Shown here: one piece after another, positions 61,830-64,000 of the stretch | Layout: each line of letters begins with the position of its first letter | How positions within the stretch are numbered: position 1 is the stretch's first letter | Assembly: GCA_030390025.1 (NCBI GenBank) | Contig: CM059432.1 | Location: 153,514,001 to 153,578,000, forward strand | DNA: 64,000 nucleotides | Direction of reading: 5' to 3' | DNA from: Squalus acanthias | Taxonomy: Eukaryota | Program-made: the position numbers and the translations under genes | Notes under the pieces: model-generated | Seen by the model: the letters and a program-made list of their open reading frames with translations, nothing else | The model's database searches: none | What the model was told of the DNA's origin: nothing

Positions 61830-62069
61830 CTTGACCACTCGCGTGAGGTCATTGAACTTCTTTCTGCAATGCATCCAGGTACTCGAGGCTACACTTCTTG
61901 CATTGACAGTGACGGCCATCTGACCCCATTCCCTTCTCAGCATCTGTCTGGAGGGCCTCCTTGCCCCCTGTGGATTCAGGACATCTCTCCTCCTGTCCAC
62001 CTCCTGCACCAGGGCCTCGAGTGCTGCATCCAAAAATCTAGGAACCCCCTCTCTGCCATGTTGCACCAT
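61830..62069 (-). pseudogene. Harbinger Myb/SANT-like exon 1 (80 codons, open), within a right-end fragment extending to about 62390
   Basis: MVQHGREGVPRFLDAALEALVQEVDRRRDVLNPQG..WGQMAVTV..TWMHCRKKFNDLTRVVK then GTCAGT donor at the same position as in H1. Confidence 0.85.
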
Positions 62070-62499
62070 CTTTCCCTTCCTGTCGATCACACACTCCTCT
62101 ACAACGACTTCCAGTACCTGCTGCAGGCAGAATGTACCTCCTCTTTAAGAGGTGCAGGCTGGCTTTAAGAACTGCAGGCTAGTTTTAATTGGTGCTATCC
62201 TCGCACGAACTTGGGCCCCCTGCTGAATGTGCAGCCACGCAGCAGCGCATTTAGCATTGGGCTGCATGCCACTATCATTATATTAGCAGCACAAAGTTTG
62301 CATGCTGCCTGCATTACTTTGAACGTGCACGGGTTAATCACGTATCGCGATCCCTGCGCCCATTTTCGGGGGCTATCAATTTTTAGCGCCAAGTCGCTCC
62401 TGTCTTTCTACATATCTCAGACCCTTGAAACTAGGGATCAGCCTCGTGGATCTTGTCTCCACTGTCTTGATGGCTTGAATTTCTGCTTTGTTTCTCAGT

Positions 62500-63200
62500 G
62501 ACCAGTGGGCTGATAAGTGGCAAGTAACATTCACGCCACACAAGTGCCAGGCAATGACCATGTCCAACAAGAGAGAGTCTAGCCACCGCCCTTTGACATT
62601 CAATGGCATTACCATCACCGAATACCCCACCATCAACATCCTGGGGGTCACCATTGACCAGAAACTTAACTGGACCAGCCACATAAACACTGTGGCTACA
62701 AGAGCAGGTCAGAGGCTGGGTATTCTGCGGCGAGTGTCTCACCTCCTGACTCCCCAAAGCCTTTCCACCATTTACAAGGCACAAGTCAGGAGTGTGATGG
62801 AATACTCTCCACTTGCCTGGATGAGTGCAGCTCCAACAACACTCAAGAAGCTCGACACCATCCAGGACAAAGCAGTCCACTTGATTGGCACCCCATCTAC
62901 CACCTTATACATTCACTCCCTCCACCACCGGCGTACCATGGCTGCAGTGTGTACCATCTACAAATTGCACTGCAGCAACTCGCCAAGGCTTCTGTGACAG
63001 CACCTCCCAAACCTGCAACTTCTACCGCCTAGAAGGACAAGGGCAACAGGCGCATGGGAACACCATCACCTCAAAGTTCCCCTCCAAGTCACACACCATC
63101 CTGACTTGGAAATATATCACCACCACCTTCTCAAGGGCAATTAGGGATAGGCAATAAATGCTGGCCTTGTCAGTGACGCCCACATCCCAGGAACGAATAA
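62500..63200 (+). mobile_element. Second-family LINE 3' fragment
   Basis: ORF 62488-62997; tail GGCAATAAATGCTGGCC. Confidence 0.92.
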
Positions 63201-63674
63201 AAAAAGAACTGGACACAGTACTCAATGTGTGGTTTTACCAGAGCACTGCACTGCATGAGATCAATGGAAACAAAAATCGGGAGAGGTGTAAAACGGGCTG
63301 CCGATTTGCTATCGCCTGTATTTCACTATCGCAGAAAGTCAAAATGACCCCCATTCATTTTATTTTGGGCCCATTTTAAATTGATTAATACCTCCATTAA
63401 ATGTTCAGCCACTAATATCACCAGCAGTAACATGTCGGCTAGTAAGAGGAACAAAGACTGAAGTCTGTATTTGTTGGGAAATTCTGGTATGGACGGGTCA
63501 AATGTCTGCCAATTTTTACTGTCCATCCATATATAACTGCAGTCGCAAAAGCAACGAAGCCAGCATGGAGTTAGTCTACTTTAGATATGATACAAGCTCA
63601 AGCCAAATGAAAAATGGTTAAAAACTGCTCTACTTACAAAGGCAGAAATTGTTTGCTTTTCAAGTATAAGAAAG

Positions 63675-64000
63675 AACTTGAATTTAGATAACGCCGTTCA
63701 CATCCTCAGGACATCCCAAAGCACTTTACAGCCAATGAAGTACTTTTGATGTGTAGTCACTGTTATAATACAGGAAACACGGCAGCTAATTTGCGTACAG
63801 CAAGATCCAACAAACAACAATGAGATAAATGACCAGATTATCTGGTTGAGTGATAAATATTTGCCAGGAGAACTCTCCTGCTCTGCTGCAAATAGCCATT
63901 GATATTTTACATCCACCTGAGAGGGCAGACCGGGCCTCGTTTTAACATCTCATCCAAAACACGGCACCTGCAACAGTGCGGCACTCCCTCAGTATTGCAC
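63675..64000 (-). mobile_element. DeuSINE, runs off window end
   Basis: Homologous to 46640-46980. Confidence 0.8.

Overview
This is eukaryotic, repeat-dominated DNA, probably from a cartilaginous fish (shark), judged from the CR1-group LINE tails, DeuSINE/SacSINE1-like SINEs and Penelope-like foldback repeats. I could not support any host protein-coding exon, so the window is probably intronic or intergenic. Most long ORFs in the track are fragments of CR1-group LINE ORF2 (endonuclease/reverse transcriptase). The main feature is a dense, nested population of PIF/Harbinger DNA transposons. One formerly autonomous copy (31975-38752) has a HARBI1-like DDE transposase pseudogene and a convergent three-exon Myb/SANT-like gene. 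Around it are Myb-only and internally deleted derivatives and several MITE families. These elements have 3-bp TSDs that mostly deviate from TWA but share a Y|NNN|R flank. One young MITE family carries covarying hairpins, promoter-like motifs and three consensus splice donors. Degenerate pieces of a minimal hammerhead-ribozyme motif occur in Penelope-like foldback repeats, one of which was captured inside a Harbinger family. Family names are from recognition only; no database search was run.
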